Shown here: positions 1 to 8,904 of the stretch, one piece after another | Layout: every line of letters begins with the position of its first letter | Numbering within the stretch: position 1 is the stretch's first letter | Assembly (NCBI GenBank): GCA_038849525.1 | Contig: JAWCMS010000002.1 | Span: forward strand, 28,322 to 92,321 | Origin: Candidatus Pacearchaeota archaeon | GTDB lineage: Archaea; Nanobdellota; Nanobdellia; Pacearchaeales; JAHJTO01 | DNA length: 64,000 bases | Direction: 5' to 3' | Made by a program: the position numbers and the translations under genes | The notes under the pieces: generated by a model | The model's database searches: none | Told to the model about the DNA's origin: nothing | What the model saw: only the letters and a program-made list of their open reading frames with translations

Positions 1-362
1 TAGAAATTTCTCTATTTCTTTTGAATACTTTTTCGCTGAAGTTAAAAGTCCTTTCACTTCTGGATTATAGTCTACCACGAGAACTTGCTTGGGCTCATAT
101 TTTTCAATTCCATCAAATGAGCCCGAATCGTTTATATTCACAATTGCACCCAGACTTGAGAAGGCACTTTTATAAGGTTTCGAGCTGCAAACGTATTTCT
201 GGCCTATTACTAAAATATTCAAGCCATCTAGTCTTCCATGCTTTTTTTCTATCTTTTCCTTAACTCTTTTAGTTGTTTCTTTTTCGGCCTTCTTATGCCA
301 TTCTTCTAGCTCTCTTAGCTTTTGAATGCTTGCTTTTGATAATTTAACTATATTTTTCATTT

Positions 363-1010
363 TTATTTTTGACCTCCTGTTTCTTTGGCCTTTTCTAAAA
401 AATAATCTGCCAGATCGCTTCCTTTGGTGTACATATCAATCACATTTTTCAATATTGAAAATGCATTTTCCCAGCCTTCTTTGCAAGTTTTCTGATGTTT
501 TGGCAGATATGACTCAATTACTCCTACATTCTTCTGAATTTCTTTAGGGTTTCCATGACAAGTGCCTCCATAAGCATATACTATATTTTGAGCGTCATCT
601 ATACTCCCCAAATCATCTATATTGTTGCATTTACGCAGCCAGTCAAAATAATCTCTGGCTTTTTTTGCTTTCGCAGCATCAATTTTTCTTAATGGAAAAG
701 TTAAGATGGCTGATGGCCCATGAGAAGAATACTTTATCCAAGGCATGCCTTTTGTCATAGCAACATAAGCAATGTCGTTGCCCTTATTGGCTGCTTTTTC
801 GCCTTTATTCTCAGGGAAGTGTTCATCGGTTATCAATCCATCATATTTTTTTTCTGCAAGTTTTGACAATGCCTCTGCCTTTGTTTCTGTAAAATCGACA
901 TCAATATCCTTCACACTACCAAAATAGCTTTTTGCAATTCCAAGGTGCTCGTCTTCTATTACCAATATTTCAAGTTTTGTTTTATTTGCCATTTTTGTTT
1001 GCCTATTCAT
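363..1010 (-). CDS. Response-regulator receiver (CheY-like REC) domain protein with uncharacterized C-terminal domain
   Basis: N-terminus LEILVIEDEHL...DGLITD resembles a REC acidic pocket. The rest has no recognised motif. Confidence 0.45.
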   Translation of the reverse strand: MNRQTKMANKTKLEILVIEDEHLGIAKSYFGSVKDIDVDFTETKAEALSKLAEKKYDGLITDEHFPENKGEKAANKGNDIAYVAMTKGMPWIKYSSHGPSAILTFPLRKIDAAKAKKARDYFDWLRKCNNIDDLGSIDDAQNIVYAYGGTCHGNPKEIQKNVGVIESYLPKHQKTCKEGWENAFSILKNVIDMYTKGSDLADYFLEKAKETGGQK

Positions 1011-1134
1011 TACCTTGTGTTATCACCTTTCAGTGATATTACATTATTTTTATGTTGTAAAATTATTTAATTATTTCTATTTAAAATTTTAACAAAATGA
1101 GAAAATTTATAAATATAACATGTTTTATTAAAAT

Positions 1135-2124
1135 ATGACTTTAAAATATATAAAACTTATAAAAGGACTAGATTTAAAGGATTTCAAAATACTATATGAA
1201 CTGGACAAGAATAGCAGAGCAAGTTTGACTGAAATTGCTAAAAAAACAAGGCTAAGCAAGGAAGTAGTATTTCATAGAATCAATAAACTTATTGAGAAAG
1301 GATATATCTTGAGGTTTCAGGCAGTTATTTCGACTTACAGGATAGGGTATCAGTCATATAAGATATATCTAAAGCTTCAAAATCTGACAAAAGTAGCAAA
1401 GCAGGAAATTCAAGAATATTTGTTAAAAAACAAGAATATTTTCTGGATAGGAAACTGCCAAGGAAAATGGGACTTAATCATTGCAGCATGGGCGAAAAAT
1501 GTACGAGAATTCAGCAAGATACAAGATGAAATACTTGGAAAGCTGAGCAACTATGTGTTGGAAAAAGAGATATCAATAAGCTCAAAAAGCATTCAATTCA
1601 ACAGAAGATGGTTTTATGCTGGAGCTGAAACAATTGAAACAACATTCGGAGAAGAACTCGAACCTGTAAAAGTTGATGATATTGATTTAAAGATTCTTGA
1701 AGAGCTAGCCTTAAATTCAAGAATTAAGATAGTTGATTTAGCTGAAAAGTTAGGAATTACAGTTGCTGTTGTAATTTATAGAATAAAACAGCTTGAAAAA
1801 AATAAAGTAATTACAGGATATAAAATTGCCTTGGATCCTAAAAAAATGAATTATGAAACATGCAAGGCTTTTATTTATCTTAAAGAAATAAAAGAAGAAA
1901 GAAAAAATGAATTGCTAAACTACATTAAATCAATGAAAAATGCACTTAATATTGTTCTGACAGCCGGAAGATGGGAGATGGAAATAGAGTTTGAAGTTAA
2001 GAACTTTAAAGAATACTATGTATTAATGGCTGAACTGCAGGAAAAATTTTCAGATATCATAAAAACTTATGATTCTGTTGTTCTTGTTTCAGAGCCAAAG
2101 CAGTTTTTCATGCCAAAGGCATAA
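1135..2124 (+). CDS. Lrp/AsnC-family transcriptional regulator with two tandem wHTH modules
   Basis: Two repeats of 'D..D.KIL.EL..NSR.S..EIAK..G.S...V..RI..L...G.I' (HTH_AsnC-like), each followed by a RAM-like segment. Confidence 0.6.
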   Translation: MTLKYIKLIKGLDLKDFKILYELDKNSRASLTEIAKKTRLSKEVVFHRINKLIEKGYILRFQAVISTYRIGYQSYKIYLKLQNLTKVAKQEIQEYLLKNKNIFWIGNCQGKWDLIIAAWAKNVREFSKIQDEILGKLSNYVLEKEISISSKSIQFNRRWFYAGAETIETTFGEELEPVKVDDIDLKILEELALNSRIKIVDLAEKLGITVAVVIYRIKQLEKNKVITGYKIALDPKKMNYETCKAFIYLKEIKEERKNELLNYIKSMKNALNIVLTAGRWEMEIEFEVKNFKEYYVLMAELQEKFSDIIKTYDSVVLVSEPKQFFMPKA

Positions 2125-2140
2125 TTTCTAGGCCTCTCTT

Positions 2141-2950
2141 TTAAATACCTCCACAATCTTTTTCCATAACTATTTTTTCTGCGAGCTTTTTTTCATAAGA
2201 AGTTAGCTGCCCTTGTTTTAAAATCCAGCCTTTTTCTGAAAAAAGACTTTGAAAACCTTTTTTCATTGCTTCTTCTAGTTCTGAAAAAGAAGGAATTGTT
2301 CCAAGATAGTCTTTTATGCAACCAACCTTTCTTTTAGATTTCTCAAACAGCTCTTTTTTCTGCTTTTCTGAAATATTCTGGCATTCAATAATCTCCTGAA
2401 TATTATCATCTAGAATAATTGTCCCGTGTTGAAGCAGAAAACCATTAAGCCTTGTTTGAGCATTTCCAGAAATTTTTTTATGTTTAACAATTATATCATA
2501 AGGATTGTCATTTAAATAACAATTTCCTTCTCTTTTCTTAGATAATATTTTTCTTTTATAGGCCTTTATTCCTAAATTGTTTAATCCTTTAACTAATCCT
2601 TCAGAAAGATAGTTATAAGCATCTAAAACTTTATGAGGGATTCCTTTTTCAGGCAATATTAAAGAATAAACGAAATCATTTTTATGCAAAACAGCTGTTC
2701 CGCCAGTAATTCTCCTGACTAAATGAAATCCTTTTTCTTTTATCTTGTTTAAGTCAAAATCATTTATATTTTGATGATATCCAATAGTTATTGCTGGAGG
2801 AATAAATCGATAAAATCTTAATGCTGGAAGAGACTTTCCTTCAGAACAAGACTTTAATATCGCTTCATCTATGGCCATCTGCATTGCGCCACATTCTTCT
2901 ATAATTGGAATTAGTCTTATCTCATTTTTCATTAAAACATTCTCCAGCAT
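2141..2950 (-). CDS. Lipoate-protein ligase A catalytic (N-terminal) domain / octanoyltransferase-like (BPL/LPL family)
   Basis: LRFYRF.PPAITIGYHQ......LV.RRITGGTAVLH motif of the LplA/LipM catalytic domain. At 269 aa it lacks the LplA C-terminal domain, like archaeal split LplA-N. Confidence 0.65.
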   Translation of the reverse strand: MLENVLMKNEIRLIPIIEECGAMQMAIDEAILKSCSEGKSLPALRFYRFIPPAITIGYHQNINDFDLNKIKEKGFHLVRRITGGTAVLHKNDFVYSLILPEKGIPHKVLDAYNYLSEGLVKGLNNLGIKAYKRKILSKKREGNCYLNDNPYDIIVKHKKISGNAQTRLNGFLLQHGTIILDDNIQEIIECQNISEKQKKELFEKSKRKVGCIKDYLGTIPSFSELEEAMKKGFQSLFSEKGWILKQGQLTSYEKKLAEKIVMEKDCGGI

Positions 2951-3782
2951 TATATGAACTCCTGATTAAGGGCCCTGCAATAACTTTTTTTAGCCCTATT
3001 TTTTTAGCTATGCTCTTTATTTCCTGAAATTCTTTAGGATTATAAAATTTTTTGATTTTTGCATGTTTTGAACTTGGAGACAAATATTGTCCTATTGTTA
3101 CAATGTCTACTTGAGCTTCTTTTAAATCTTTAAGCGTTTGGATTATTTGTTTTTTTGTCTCTCCTAAACCTATCATAAATCCTGATTTTGTAGTTATAAC
3201 TGGATTAATTTTTTTGGCTCTTTTTAATAATTCTATAGAAAGCTTATAGCTCCCTTTTGGCCGTAATTTAGGGAATAATATCTTAGCCACTTCAACATTG
3301 TGGTTTACTAAATCAGGCTTAGAATCAACTATTTTTTTTAAAGAATCCCAATTTCCTTTTAAATCTGAAATTAACAATTCAATCTTGCATTTAGGATTTA
3401 TTTTTCTTATCTCTTTGACAGTTTTAACAAAATGCCCTGCACCCCCATCTTTCAAATCATCTCTTGTAACACTGGTTATGACTACATAGTTCAATTTTAA
3501 TTTTTTTACGGCTTTTGCAATTCTTTCAGGCTCATTTTTGTCTACAAGATTTGGAATTCCTTTTTTAATATTGCAATATTTGCAGTTTCTTGTGCAAGTA
3601 TCTCCTAAAATCATGAAAGTTGCTGTTTTATTTGAAAAGCATTCATATCTGTTAGGGCAGTTTGCCTCAACACAAACTGTATGGAGTCTGCTCTTAGAAA
3701 CAAGGTTAAAAGTTTCAAGATAACTATCTTTATTAAAATCCTTTATCTTTATCCAATTAGGCAGTTTCATCTTTAGATTCAA
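2922..3782 (-). CDS. lipA: Lipoyl synthase (radical SAM)
   Basis: CVEANCPNRYEC auxiliary-cluster motif plus CTRNCKYC radical-SAM CxxxCxxC. Adjacent to the LplA-like gene. Confidence 0.85.
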   Translation of the reverse strand: MNLKMKLPNWIKIKDFNKDSYLETFNLVSKSRLHTVCVEANCPNRYECFSNKTATFMILGDTCTRNCKYCNIKKGIPNLVDKNEPERIAKAVKKLKLNYVVITSVTRDDLKDGGAGHFVKTVKEIRKINPKCKIELLISDLKGNWDSLKKIVDSKPDLVNHNVEVAKILFPKLRPKGSYKLSIELLKRAKKINPVITTKSGFMIGLGETKKQIIQTLKDLKEAQVDIVTIGQYLSPSSKHAKIKKFYNPKEFQEIKSIAKKIGLKKVIAGPLIRSSYNAGECFNEK

Positions 3783-3811
3783 ATAAAAAAATAAAAAAAA
3801 TAAATAACTGA

Positions 3812-4594
3812 TTACTTTTTGCTTATTGATTCTCTTGCAATAAGATCTGTCAATGGATGTTTTGGATTTAATGGAGACATAACCATCTGATTGACTGCAG
3901 GAGGATACTTGAATCCTGTCTGCTCCAGCCTTTTTAATGCTGTGTCGAGCTCTTCTGGTTTCATTCCAATCCAGATTTCATCATCCTGAGCATCTCCAAC
4001 GCTTCTTGCTCCTCCACAGGGGATTGTGAGCCATGGAGATTTTCCCATTGCAACTGCAGAGATAACTTCGCATGCAGCATGCCCATTTATGCAAGAGCAT
4101 GGCTTTTTGCCAGTTGCGTCAAAATAGCTTACCATCAAGAGATAAGACTGGGAAGAGTTTACAAACATCACTATTGCATCGGGCTCCTGCTTTAATCTTT
4201 GGAACTCTTTTAAAGGCCCGAAGATGGCTGCTTCAAACTTTTTCTGCGGCAAAGCCTCTATATTTTTGACAAGCTTGTCAAATGTATTTGGATTGTATGC
4301 AAATCCCTTCACCCATCTCTCTTTGATGTCTGCAGGAGGCATTCCAAATCCCAATATATATGTCCCTACAACACAAGCATCTATATTCTCAAAATAAACT
4401 CCCCTTGTCTTTTCATAAACTGCCGCCAACTTCATAACTTGGCATAAAGCAAGATTGTCTTCCAGAGGCATTACTCCGATTTTTTTAAGCTCGTCTTTTT
4501 TCTTTAGGAACTTTATTCCAACAGGAACACCTTTCCCTCTGACTAGAGAGTTGTATCTATTGTGCAAATCCTCAAAATTTAAATTTTTGCCCAT
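3812..4594 (-). CDS. DUF169 (ArCR, COG2043-like) family protein
   Basis: About 260 aa with a ...PVGIKFLK... start and Cys/His-containing core, resembling the archaeal conserved DUF169 family. It is embedded in the lipoate cluster. Confidence 0.4.
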   Translation of the reverse strand: MGKNLNFEDLHNRYNSLVRGKGVPVGIKFLKKKDELKKIGVMPLEDNLALCQVMKLAAVYEKTRGVYFENIDACVVGTYILGFGMPPADIKERWVKGFAYNPNTFDKLVKNIEALPQKKFEAAIFGPLKEFQRLKQEPDAIVMFVNSSQSYLLMVSYFDATGKKPCSCINGHAACEVISAVAMGKSPWLTIPCGGARSVGDAQDDEIWIGMKPEELDTALKRLEQTGFKYPPAVNQMVMSPLNPKHPLTDLIARESISKK

Positions 4595-4607
4595 TTTTTA
4601 CCTCCTT

Positions 4608-4994
4608 TTATCCAATTTTTTGTTTTATCCATACTGAAGCTTCTTTCGCATCAATTAGCTTTTTGGCTTCAGAAGGATTATCAAGTCTGACTTTCATTAT
4701 CCAGCTTTCATAAGGCTTTTTGTTTATTTTTGAAGGCTCGTCAAAAAGTTTATCATTAACTTCAATAATCTGGCCTGAAACCGGGCTTGACAAATGGCCA
4801 GACCATTTGACAGCTTCCAGAGAAACATAAATATCGCCCTGCTTTATTCTTTTTCCTTTTTCCGGAAGTTTGATAAACACAAATTCCTTGACTTTTTTTG
4901 CAGCAGGCTCAATAACTCCTACAACTGCAATATCTTTCTCTATTTTTACCCATGAATAATCTTTGTTATATTTCAGATTTTTTGGAAGATCCAT
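4608..4994 (-). CDS. gcvH: Glycine cleavage system H-like lipoyl carrier protein
   Basis: Lipoyl-attachment region ...YVSLEAVKWSGHLSSPVSGQIIEVN... (E-x-VK motif) in a GcvH-like fold. The start is placed at the internal Met (MDLPKN) to limit overlap with the downstream gene. Confidence 0.7.
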   Translation of the reverse strand: MDLPKNLKYNKDYSWVKIEKDIAVVGVIEPAAKKVKEFVFIKLPEKGKRIKQGDIYVSLEAVKWSGHLSSPVSGQIIEVNDKLFDEPSKINKKPYESWIMKVRLDNPSEAKKLIDAKEASVWIKQKIG

Positions 4995-6678
4995 TTTTGC
5001 CCCTTTTAATTCGATTATTATCATTATTTTCAGAATTAAATTCTTTTTCTTCTTTAATCCTTCTCGTTATGAAGATTATTATTCCTGAAATTGTCAAGGC
5101 AATTACTAGCAGCCCTATTGCAACAAATACATTATTCATCAAAGCAGGTTTTATCAGCAAAACAATGCCTAAACAAAGCATCATCGTCCCTGATATTAAC
5201 TTTAGAACCTGCCCCTGCGCTTCTGTAAGCTTTTTTGCTCCAAGAGTTATTGTAAACATGAGCACAATTGCTGACAAAGGTATGACATAAACTATGTTGT
5301 AAAATGCCAGATACAGATAATATTGTATTGTTGAGAGGTCATTCAAGGTCAGAATTCTTGTGAATACCATTGGAAATCCTGCTGTGCAAAGCAGCTCATA
5401 AGTGTTTGCGGCTATTGCCAGCACTATTGTTCCAACCACCATAGAATACATTGATTCTGCTTTCAGAAGATTTCTCATTCTTTTAAACAGGCTTGGCTTG
5501 GCTTTTTCAGGGATTACAAGTGAAATTCCTTTCTCAAAAAAGAAAAAGTCCTTAATGTTTATGGCTGCGACTATAAGTGCTATAACTCCGGCTATTGTAG
5601 TAATTATCATAATCTGGCCGATAATCAGGAAAAGATTAAGCCATGCAGACATGAATAAAAAGTATATCAGAGCTGAAAAGAATACAAATGTTCCTCCGAT
5701 AATAAGCATTTTCTTCCTGGATTGGGCATATACAAGCATGCTTAGCAAGAAAAACAAAACAAAAAATGAGCATGGATTAAATCCGTCTAAAAATCCAAGT
5801 ATTACTGTGAATATCGGAAGAGACATTTTAGAGGTATCAACCTTTCCAAAAAGAGGAAGAGTTACTGTGCTTTCTGTCTCAGGAGTTATATCTTTTGGCT
5901 GTGGCGGATAGGGGATTAATCCATCAATTTTATCAGCAGGGCAAATACATCCCCCGTCCTTGCATGAGATTATTTCATCTTCAAGATTTTCTCTTATGGC
6001 AGTCTCTCCAATTATATATCTGTCCCCAATAAATACAATAGGGTATGCAGCATACTCCAATCCATAAACCTGCTTAAAATTCTCATAAATTTCTTTCTCT
6101 TCTGAGATTGAAACATCATGCTTTTTTAGATCAACATTGTACTTTTCATTCAATGAATCAATATAAGGCAAGATATTATCGCATGTTATACAATTCCCAT
6201 GAATGAATACATGAACGCAAACTTCTCCTAATGGAGAGATTGTTTCCTTAGATTCTGAAATCTCTGATTCTGAAGGTTTTTTTAGTTTTTCAATCGGATC
6301 TGTACAGCCATGCTCAATGCAGTATTTTACTTTATCTTCAATCTCCTCAGCCATATAATCGGCATAGCCCACCCAAACTTTATCATCTAAGAAAGTTGTA
6401 GGAACTCCCATTGCAGATGTTCCAAATGCTTTAGCCATATCAGAAAAGAGCTTTGCATTTTCTGGATTTGACCAAGTTTCATAAGATTTAACTTCTAATT
6501 CGGGATATTTCTGCTCTAAACCTTCTAAAAATGGCTTTTCATGAGCGCAATGAGGGCACCCTTCTCCCCAGAAAAAATAAAGAGAAACTTTGTTTTCTTC
6601 CTGCGCTAAAACAAAAGAGGATAGTAAAACTAAAATAAAACTTGCTAAAATAAACGCTTTTATGTATGATTTATTCAT
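4966..6678 (-). CDS. Membrane thiol:disulfide oxidoreductase: two thioredoxin-like domains fused to a DsbD/CcdA-type transmembrane domain
   Basis: Signal/TM segment, then WGEGCPHC and HGNCITC thioredoxin-like CxxC motifs, then a polytopic domain with FLDGFNPCSF typical of CcdA/DsbD. The C-terminal tail is highly charged. Confidence 0.6.
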   Translation of the reverse strand: MNKSYIKAFILASFILVLLSSFVLAQEENKVSLYFFWGEGCPHCAHEKPFLEGLEQKYPELEVKSYETWSNPENAKLFSDMAKAFGTSAMGVPTTFLDDKVWVGYADYMAEEIEDKVKYCIEHGCTDPIEKLKKPSESEISESKETISPLGEVCVHVFIHGNCITCDNILPYIDSLNEKYNVDLKKHDVSISEEKEIYENFKQVYGLEYAAYPIVFIGDRYIIGETAIRENLEDEIISCKDGGCICPADKIDGLIPYPPQPKDITPETESTVTLPLFGKVDTSKMSLPIFTVILGFLDGFNPCSFFVLFFLLSMLVYAQSRKKMLIIGGTFVFFSALIYFLFMSAWLNLFLIIGQIMIITTIAGVIALIVAAINIKDFFFFEKGISLVIPEKAKPSLFKRMRNLLKAESMYSMVVGTIVLAIAANTYELLCTAGFPMVFTRILTLNDLSTIQYYLYLAFYNIVYVIPLSAIVLMFTITLGAKKLTEAQGQVLKLISGTMMLCLGIVLLIKPALMNNVFVAIGLLVIALTISGIIIFITRRIKEEKEFNSENNDNNRIKRGKNGSSKKSEI

Positions 6679-6986
6679 TTTTCACAGCAACACTCACATT
6701 TTAAAATCCAGCCTTTGGAATATCCCAATGCCTTGAATATGTCACACACTCTTTTATCATTGATTTTATAGAAGATCTTCTTCCCTTCCCTTCTTGATTT
6801 TAGAATCCTTGCATCCTCCAGATTTCCTAGATGTATTGAAACAGTTGACTGGGTTCTTTTCACATGAGGAAAAATCTCACAGACGCACTTTTCTCCTTCT
6901 AATAGAAATTTAACAATTTTGAATCTTGTATCATCAGCCAATGCCTTTAACAATTCAATCTCTTTTCCCATAGAACATATTGGCAA
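6675..6986 (-). CDS. ArsR/SmtB-family metalloregulator
   Basis: LKALADDTRFKIVKFL..GE.CVCEI......QSTVS.HL..L..A.I winged HTH. A C-terminal CECCC cysteine cluster suggests a metal- or redox-sensing site. Translationally coupled to the DsbD-like gene. Confidence 0.75.
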   Translation of the reverse strand: MPICSMGKEIELLKALADDTRFKIVKFLLEGEKCVCEIFPHVKRTQSTVSIHLGNLEDARILKSRREGKKIFYKINDKRVCDIFKALGYSKGWILKCECCCEK

Positions 6987-7062
6987 ATGTCAATATATAA
7001 ACTTTATCAACGCCCTGCTCGGGCTTCGTCATCACCACTTAGAAAGTCATCACTCACGTGAA

Positions 7063-7165
7063 CGCCCGGACCGAGATTTGAACTCGGGTCGGAACCGATC
7101 TGTTCAGCAATTTCTTCCGAAATTGGTTGACAGGGTTCTATGCTAGGCCGCTACACCATCCGGGC
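7063..7165 (-). tRNA. tRNA-Asp (anticodon GUC) with a ~30-nt intron at position 37/38
   Basis: Manual fold: acceptor GCCCGGA/TCCGGGC. Anticodon stem GAACC/GGTTC with loop CUGUCA interrupted by ~30 nt. T-arm CCGAG-TTCAAAT-CTCGG. Discriminator G. It is a GC-rich island in AT-rich DNA. Confidence 0.7.
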
Positions 7166-7239
7166 TTATTATATCAATAATAATTGATAATATTTTTAAA
7201 ACTTTTTAAATTTAAACCTTTAATCTAAAAATTTAATAA

Positions 7240-7944
7240 ATGATGAAAATAGCATTTATATTGCCTGTTTATAATGAAGAAAAAGATTTGAAAAAAGGTG
7301 TTTTAAAACTCTATAATTATTTAGTCTCGAATAAAATAAAATCATGGAAGATAATTATTGCAGATAATGCATCAACAGATAAAACTCCTGAGATAGGCAA
7401 ACAACTTGCAAAAAATTATACTAATGTATTTTATTTTTATTTGCCTATTAAAGGAAGAGGGTATGCTTTAAGAAAAACATATAATTCATTCAATGCAAAA
7501 ATTTATTTTTATATGGATATTGACCTCTCAACTGATTTAAACCATATAAAAGAAGTGCTGAACGAAATGAATTATAATGATATTGTAATTGGAACAAGGC
7601 TTTCGAAAAACTCAAAAGTTGAAAGAAGTTTGTTTAGAGAATTAATTTCTAGAACATACAATTTGATTGCAAGATTTTTAACAAAAACTAAAGTTTCTGA
7701 TCTTCAATGCGGATTTAAAGCCATAAATAATAAAATTATCGAAGAAGTAATTCCTTTGGTTAAGGATAATAATTGGTTTTTTGATTCTGAAATGTTGATA
7801 ATAGCAGAAAAAAGAGGATATAAGATTAAAGAAATTCCTATAAAATGGACTGATGATCCTTATTCTAAGGTTAAAATATTAGAAACTTCTTTAAATTATC
7901 TAAAAAATTTGTTACGTCTTAGAAATTTTATAACAAAGATGTAG
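7240..7944 (+). CDS. Family-2 glycosyltransferase (dolichyl-phosphate sugar transferase-like)
   Basis: IAFILPVYNEE...IIIADNASTDKT and a D.D-type motif (YMDIDLS) typical of GT2/DPM1-like enzymes. Confidence 0.75.
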   Translation: MMKIAFILPVYNEEKDLKKGVLKLYNYLVSNKIKSWKIIIADNASTDKTPEIGKQLAKNYTNVFYFYLPIKGRGYALRKTYNSFNAKIYFYMDIDLSTDLNHIKEVLNEMNYNDIVIGTRLSKNSKVERSLFRELISRTYNLIARFLTKTKVSDLQCGFKAINNKIIEEVIPLVKDNNWFFDSEMLIIAEKRGYKIKEIPIKWTDDPYSKVKILETSLNYLKNLLRLRNFITKM

Positions 7945-8677
7945 TATTAAACTTATTGAAAATTGAATATATCTTTTTTAGTGAATCCTTTGTATGATTT
8001 TTAACTTCAGACAAACAATTCGATTTTGGATACATTATATCCCCCGACTTGTTTACATGATTAAATCCTAAAACATGCAATAATTCATGCAAACCTGAAG
8101 AAGCTTCATTACTACACTGATACTCATAAAGAAATATAACCCCTTTTGTTATTATATTATATCCATTTATCGGATAGTGCTGTACAGGGCCCCCTTCTCC
8201 AAGAATTTTCCAGTGTCTTTCTGTTTCAGGCGCTTCTGAAGAAGAACTACAATAAATTAGTATATCCGCATTTTCATTTCCAATTTCTTCATTAAATTTA
8301 ATTAGATTGTCTGAATATTTTTCAACTATACTGAATGCGTCTTTCATTACTTTTTTTCTTGCGTCATCACATCCTCCAAGATAAGAATATTTCAGATTAT
8401 TAGAATACCAAATCGGATAAGAAAAAAGAGTCGGGGATTCTATATAACCAATTGTTTGCTCTGGAGGGAAGTCTAAAGGATTAACATGCATTTCTTTCTT
8501 TTCTTTACTGACAAACTCATTAGATATTTCTTTAGATGAATAATTGGATAATCCTAAAATCTCTATATGATCTTTTATTTTTGCTTTATTTTCTTCATGT
8601 TGGAGAACACAATTATTGATGCCTGCAACTAAAAACAATAAAACAATTATCAATATAACCAAAAAATCTCTTTTCAT
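7928..8677 (-). CDS. Secreted or membrane-anchored zinc metalloprotease (metzincin-like)
   Basis: N-terminal hydrophobic segment. Extended zinc-binding motif HELLHVLGFNH (HExxHxxGxxH). Confidence 0.6.
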   Translation of the reverse strand: MKRDFLVILIIVLLFLVAGINNCVLQHEENKAKIKDHIEILGLSNYSSKEISNEFVSKEKKEMHVNPLDFPPEQTIGYIESPTLFSYPIWYSNNLKYSYLGGCDDARKKVMKDAFSIVEKYSDNLIKFNEEIGNENADILIYCSSSSEAPETERHWKILGEGGPVQHYPINGYNIITKGVIFLYEYQCSNEASSGLHELLHVLGFNHVNKSGDIMYPKSNCLSEVKNHTKDSLKKIYSIFNKFNTTSLL

Positions 8678-8683
8678 ATTTTA

Positions 8684-8817
8684 TCCCGGCGGGCGGACTC
8701 GAACCGCCAACCACTCGGTTTCTTTTTTGGCTGCCTATGAATCATCTTTTTCCCGAAGGAATATCTTCATAGCGCAATAAGCTACAGCCAAGTGCTCCAC
8801 CGTTGAGCTACGCCGGG
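8684..8817 (-). tRNA. tRNA-Tyr (anticodon GUA) with a long (~59 nt) intron
   Basis: Manual fold: acceptor CCCGGCG/CGCCGGG with the archaeal Tyr identity pair C1-G72. D-arm GCTC-AACGGTG-GAGC. Anticodon stem CUUGG/CCGAG with loop CUGUAG then the intron. T-arm GGCGG-TTCGAGT-CCGCC. Discriminator A. Confidence 0.6.
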
Positions 8818-8904
8818 ATAAATATAGAAAAAATGATTGTCTTATAAAGTTTTCTCAATGATGAGAAAGATATAATAATCACTTTTGCAGATTTTTTAAA
8901 AATT

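Noticed and set aside
6919-7146. 75-aa plus-strand ORF
   Set aside because: It overlaps the minus-strand tRNA-Asp gene. Composition is driven by the GC-rich tRNA; it is spurious.
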